Source: Eledone cirrhosa
Lineage: Eukaryota
Assembly: GCA_964016885.1 (NCBI GenBank)
Contig: OZ024745.1
Span: 20,770,001 to 20,834,000, forward strand
DNA length: 64,000 nucleotides
Direction of reading: 5' to 3'
In this document: in pieces, positions 59,001-64,000 of the stretch
Position numbering within the stretch: the stretch's first letter is position 1
Layout of the letters: each line of letters opens with the position of its first letter
The notes under the pieces: generated by a model
What the model was told of the DNA's origin: nothing
Seen by the model: only the letters and a program-made list of their open reading frames with translations
The model's database searches: none
Made by a program: the position numbers and the translations under genes

Positions 59001-59708
59001 TAGGTGGTAGTGGTAGCAATATTGGTCTTACAGGTGGTATTGGTGGTAGTGGTAGCAATATTGGTCTTACAGGTGGTATTGGTGGTAGTGGTAGCAATAG
59101 TGGTCTTACAGGTGGTATAGGTGGTAGTGGTAGCAATATTGGTCTTACAGGTGGTATAGGTGGTAGTGGTAGCAATATTGGTCTTACAGGTGGTATTGGT
59201 GGTAGTGGTAGCAATATTGGTCTTACAGGTGGTATTGGTGGTAGTGGTAGCAATAGTGGTCTTACAGGTGGTATAGGTGGTAGTGGTAGCAATATTGGTC
59301 TTACAGGTGGTATTGGTGGTAGTGGTAGCAATAGTGGTCTTACAGGTGGTATAGGTGGTAGTGGTAGCAATAGTGGTCTTACAGGTGGTATTGGTGGTAG
59401 TGGTGGCAATAGTGGTCTTACAGGTGGTATTGGTGGTAGTGGTAGCAATAGTGGTCTTACAGGTGGTATAGGTGGTAGTGGTAGCAATATTGGTCTTACA
59501 GGTGGTATTGGTGGTAGTGGTAGCAATAGTGGTCTTACAGGTGGTATAGGTGGTAGTGGTAGCAATATTGGTCTTACAGGTGGTATAGGTGGTAGTGGTA
59601 GCAATATTGGTCTTACAGGTGGTAGTGGTAGCAATAGTGGTCTTACAGGTGGTATTGATGCTGGTAATTGATGTAATGGCGGAAGACGAGGTCTTGGTAA
59701 CGGTGAAA
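32081..59708 (-). CDS. Candidate giant terminal exon encoding Pro/Leu/Arg 13-aa repeats (PPVRPLLLPLPPI)n, about 9,200 aa, interrupted by four 1-bp deletions
   Basis: Stop-free from 59781 to 39958 and from 39484 to 32081. Unique in-frame Pro-rich lead-in SPLPRPRLPPLHQLPASI follows a pyrimidine-rich acceptor (ttcctccattccttccataattgttatAG, AG at 59710-59709). Unique end PSVKPSSHPKP*. No start codon, signal peptide or upstream exon was identified. Confidence 0.45.
32103..59660. repeat. Giant 39-bp tandem array (about 700 units) with higher-order repeats
   Basis: Consensus ggtggtagtggtagcaatagtggtcttacaggtggtatt; a 3,057-bp block occurs twice and a 6.2-6.4 kb block three times. Confidence 0.99.
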
Positions 59709-59990
59709 CTATAACAATTATGGAAGGAATGGAGGAAATTGTTGTTTGCCTCAGGTTAATACTTCTTGAATAAATATATGATTAAAAGCAATCTTGCTGT
59801 GACCATCCTCCTATTATTAGACACAGTTTATCTCAAACAAACTATCGATCTAAAAAGGAGAGCGAGGGATTTGATAGACCTTTGGCTGTTATTTCTAATA
59901 GTTCTAATGACGAAATAGAGGTTCCTTGGTAGATTGGTTGTTGGGTGGGATAATGGCTGACTTGACTAGACTTGAAACACTGATGGGTAT

Positions 59991-60848
59991 GATGGTGGTG
60001 GTGTTGGCCAGGAGAGCGACGGTGGTGGTGTTGGCCAGGAGAGCGATGGTGGTGGTGTTGGCCAGGAGAGCGATGGTGGTGGTGTTGACCAGGAGAGCGA
60101 TGGTGGTGGTGTTGGCCAGGAGAGCGATGGTGGTGGTGTTGGCCAGGAGAGCGATGGTGGTGGTGTTGGCCAGGAGAGCGATGGTGGTGGTGTTGGCGAG
60201 GAGAGCGATGGTGGTGGTGTTGACCAGGAGAGCGATGGTGGTGGTGTTGACCAGGAGAGCGATGGTGGTGGTGTTGGCGAGGAGAACGATGGTGTTGGTG
60301 TTGGTGTTGGTCAGAAGGATGATGGTGGTGGTGTTGGCGAGGAGAGCGATGGTGGTGGTGTTGGCCAGGAGAGCGCTGGTGGTGGTGTTGGCCAGAAGGA
60401 TGATGGTGGTGGTGTTGGCGAGGAGAGTGATCGTGGTGGTGTTAGCCATGAGAGCGATGGTGGTGGTGTTGGCGAGGAGAACGATGGTGGTGGTGTTGGC
60501 CAGAAGGATGATGGTGTTGGTTTGGGCCTGGAGAGCGATGGTGGTGGTGTTCGCGAGCAGGATGATGGTGGTGGTGTTGGCCAGGAGGATGATGGTGGTG
60601 GTGGTGGTGGCCAGGAGGATGATGGTGGTGGTGTTGGCGAGGATGATGATGGTGGTGGTGTTGGCGAGGAGGATGATGGTGGTGGTGTTGACCAGGAGGA
60701 TGGTGGTGGTGTTGGAGAGGATGATGATGGTGGTGGTAGTGTTGGCCAGGAGGAGGATGGTGGTGGTGTTGGCCGGGAAGATGATGATGGTGGTGGTGTT
60801 GGCCAGGAGGATGATGGTGGTGGTGTTGGCCAGGAGGATGGTGGCGAT
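59991..60848. repeat. 27-bp minisatellite
   Basis: Unit gatggtggtggtgttggccaggagagc drifting to ..caggaggat; about 30 copies; several frames are open. Confidence 0.95.
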
Positions 60849-61184
60849 AGCGCTTTGAATGTTGATGTAATAAAGACAACAACATAAACGATAAAACAAA
60901 CTGTTTGAAAAAGCATGCGTGTCTTTAACAAACAAAAGTAAATGAGTTATAAAACAAAATAGAAAGCGTAAATGGAGGAAAATAGGATAAAAACAATGAA
61001 AATATTTTAAAACAATAACGAAATATGACAATAAGGACAGCAAAGAGTAACAAACTTATACAACAATAAATAAACAACAGAGGAAAATAGAGAGAAGAGA
61101 AGAGAAGATCACAGAGAATAACAACAACTACAAACAGAAAATATAACAACAGCAACAATGACAACAACATAAATACTAACAACT

Positions 61185-64000
61185 TCACCACTGGCACCAC
61201 CACCAACATCACTACCATCACCATCAACACGACCACCACCGCCACTACCATCACCACCACTGCCTCCACTACCACCACCAACACTACCACCACCAACATC
61301 ACTACCACCACTAACACCACCTCCACCACCATCAACATCACCATAACCACCACCACAACCACCACCATCAACATCACCATGACCACCACCACAACCACCA
61401 CCATCAACATCACAATAACCACCACCACCAACATCAACATCACCATAACCACCACCACAACCACCACAACCACCACCACCACAATCACCACCACCACAAC
61501 CATCCCCATTAAGAAAAACAATTATTCAATGCCATGAGCAAAATACAGCAGCATCATCACCAACAACACCAACACCTGTACGACAATCAGCAACATCACC
61601 AGCACTAAAATCAACACCATCAACACAATCAACGCCATCACCAACAACACCAACAACATCAACACCAACAATATCTATGTCACCAGAAATAGCAACCATA
61701 ATACCATCACCATCACCAACAACACCAACATCACCAATGCACCACCAATAATAACATGGACACCAACAACAACAACAACAACATAAACACTACCGAAAAT
61801 CCCAACGTTACCATCAATACTAACACCACCACTGTCACCGCCACCAACACCACCGGCAATACTAACACCAACACCAACATTAACACCAACAATAACACCA
61901 TCACTAATAATAATGCCAGCACTAATAAAAACACCAACGCTACCACCAGTACTAACACTAACGATAATAACACCAACAACACCAACTCCATCACCACCAA
62001 CACCACAAACACCAACACCTACACTAACACCATCACCGAAGCAACAACCAATACCACCAACACCAACACCAACACCACAAACACCACAAACACCAACACC
62101 ACCAACACAACCAACACCAACACCACCAACACAACCAACACTAACACCACCAACACAACCAACACCAACACCAACAACACCAACACCAACACCACCAACA
62201 CCAACACCACCAACACAACCAACACCAACAACACCAACACCAACACCACCAACACCAACACCACCAACACAACCAACACCAACACCAACAACACCAACAC
62301 CAACAACACCAACACCAACACCACCAACACCAACACCACCAACACAACCAACACCAACACCAACAACACCAACACCAACACCAACAACACCAACACCAAC
62401 ACCACCGACACAACCAACACCAACAACACCAACACCAACACAACCAACACCAACACCAACAACACCAACACCAACAACAACAACACCAACACCACCAACA
62501 CCAACACCACCAACACAACCAACACCAACACCAACAACACCAACACCAACACCACCAACACCAACACCACCAACACAACCAACACCAACACCAACAACAC
62601 CAACACCAATACCACCAACACCAACACCACTAACACAACCAACACCAACACCAACACCAACACCACAACCAACACCAACACCTACACCACAAACATCAAC
62701 ACCACCACTACCACCACCACCACCACCACCACCAACACAACCAACACCAACACCAACACCACCAACACCAACACCACCAACACCACCACCACCACCACCA
62801 TCACCACCACCACCAACACCACCAACACCAACACCACCAACACCACCACCACCACGACCATCACCACCACCACCAACACCACCAACACCAACACCACCCA
62901 CACCACCAACACCACCAACACCACCAACACCACCACCACCACCACCACCACCACCACCACCACCACCACCACCACCACCACCACCACCATCACCACCACC
63001 ACCAACACCACCAACACCAACACCACACCCACCAACACCACCACCACCACCAACACCAACACCACCAACACCACCACCATCAACAACACCAACACCACCA
63101 ACACCAACACCAACACCACCAACACCAACACCACCACCACCACCAACACCACCAACACCACCAACACCACCAACACCAACACCACCACCACCACGACCAT
63201 CACCACCACCACCAACACCACCAACACCAACACCACCAACACCACCAACACCACCAACACCACCAACACCAACACCACCACCACCACCACCACCACCACC
63301 ACCACCACCACCACCACCACCACCACCACCACCACCACCACCACCACCACCAACACCACCAACACCAACACCACCAACACCACCAACACCACCACCACCA
63401 ACAACACCAACACCAACACCACCAACACAAACACCACCACCACCAACACCACCACCACCAACACCAACACCACCAACACCACCAACACCAACAACACCAA
63501 CACCACCAACACCAACACCAACACCACCAACACCAACACCACCACCACCACCACCAACACCACCAACACCACCACCACCAACAACACCAACACCACCAAC
63601 ACCAACACGAACACCACCACCACCAACACCACCACCACCACCACCACCACCACCAACACCACCAACACCAACACCAACACCACCAACACCACCACCACCA
63701 ACACCACCAACACCACCAACACCACCAACACCAACACCACCACCACCACCACCACCATCACCACCACCACCAACACAACCAACACCAACACCACCAACAC
63801 CACCACCACCACCAACAACAACAACACCACCGCCACCAACACCACCATCACGACAACCACCACCAACACCACCAACACCAACACCACCAACACCACCAAC
63901 ACCAACACCACCACCACCACCACCACCAACACCAACACCACCAACACAACCAACACCAACACCAACACCACCAACACCAACACCAACACAATGAACACCA
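61185..64000. repeat. (ACC/AAC)n low-complexity tract
   Basis: Almost pure A/C triplet repeats (ccaaca, ccacca) running to the window end. Confidence 0.95.

Noticed and set aside
32011-59003. Many Val/Leu-rich plus-strand ORFs (VVVAIVVLQVVL)
   Set aside because: This frame is repeatedly closed by the common ATT>ATA variant, which creates TAG. It is a shadow frame of the array.
32103-59660. CRISPR array or telomeric repeat interpretation
   Set aside because: There are no unique spacers, no cas genes and no TTAGGG-type unit, and the context is eukaryotic.
61913-63994. 693-aa Pro/Thr extensin-like ORF and its Gly/Val antisense ORFs
   Set aside because: The sequence is nearly pure A/C triplets, so stops are hardly possible; there is no unique domain, signal peptide or clear splice signal.

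Overview
This is a eukaryotic, extremely repeat-rich window. The SINE family and the dense (TA)n, (CATA)n and (CA)n tracts suggest a cephalopod, probably Octopus; this is an inference, not a verified assignment. No conventional multi-exon host gene can be identified. Positions 1-32 kb are a mosaic of micro- and minisatellites and decayed mobile elements: two Penelope-like (PLE) fragments, a Helitron, CR1-like, CRE-like and RTE-like LINE relics, tRNA-headed SINEs and Tc1/mariner MITEs. They also hold at least 8 type-I hammerhead-ribozyme-like motifs in short (TA)n-embedded units, often arranged as inverted repeats. Positions 32.1-59.7 kb are one array of about 700 copies of a 39-bp unit with nested higher-order repeats. 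The array is stop-free on the minus strand as (PPVRPLLLPLPPI)n, about 9,200 codons, and also on the plus strand as (GGSGSNSGLTGGI)n. It is broken only by four clustered 1-bp deletions near 39.5-40.0 kb. Most ORFs in the supplied track are artefacts of simple repeats.
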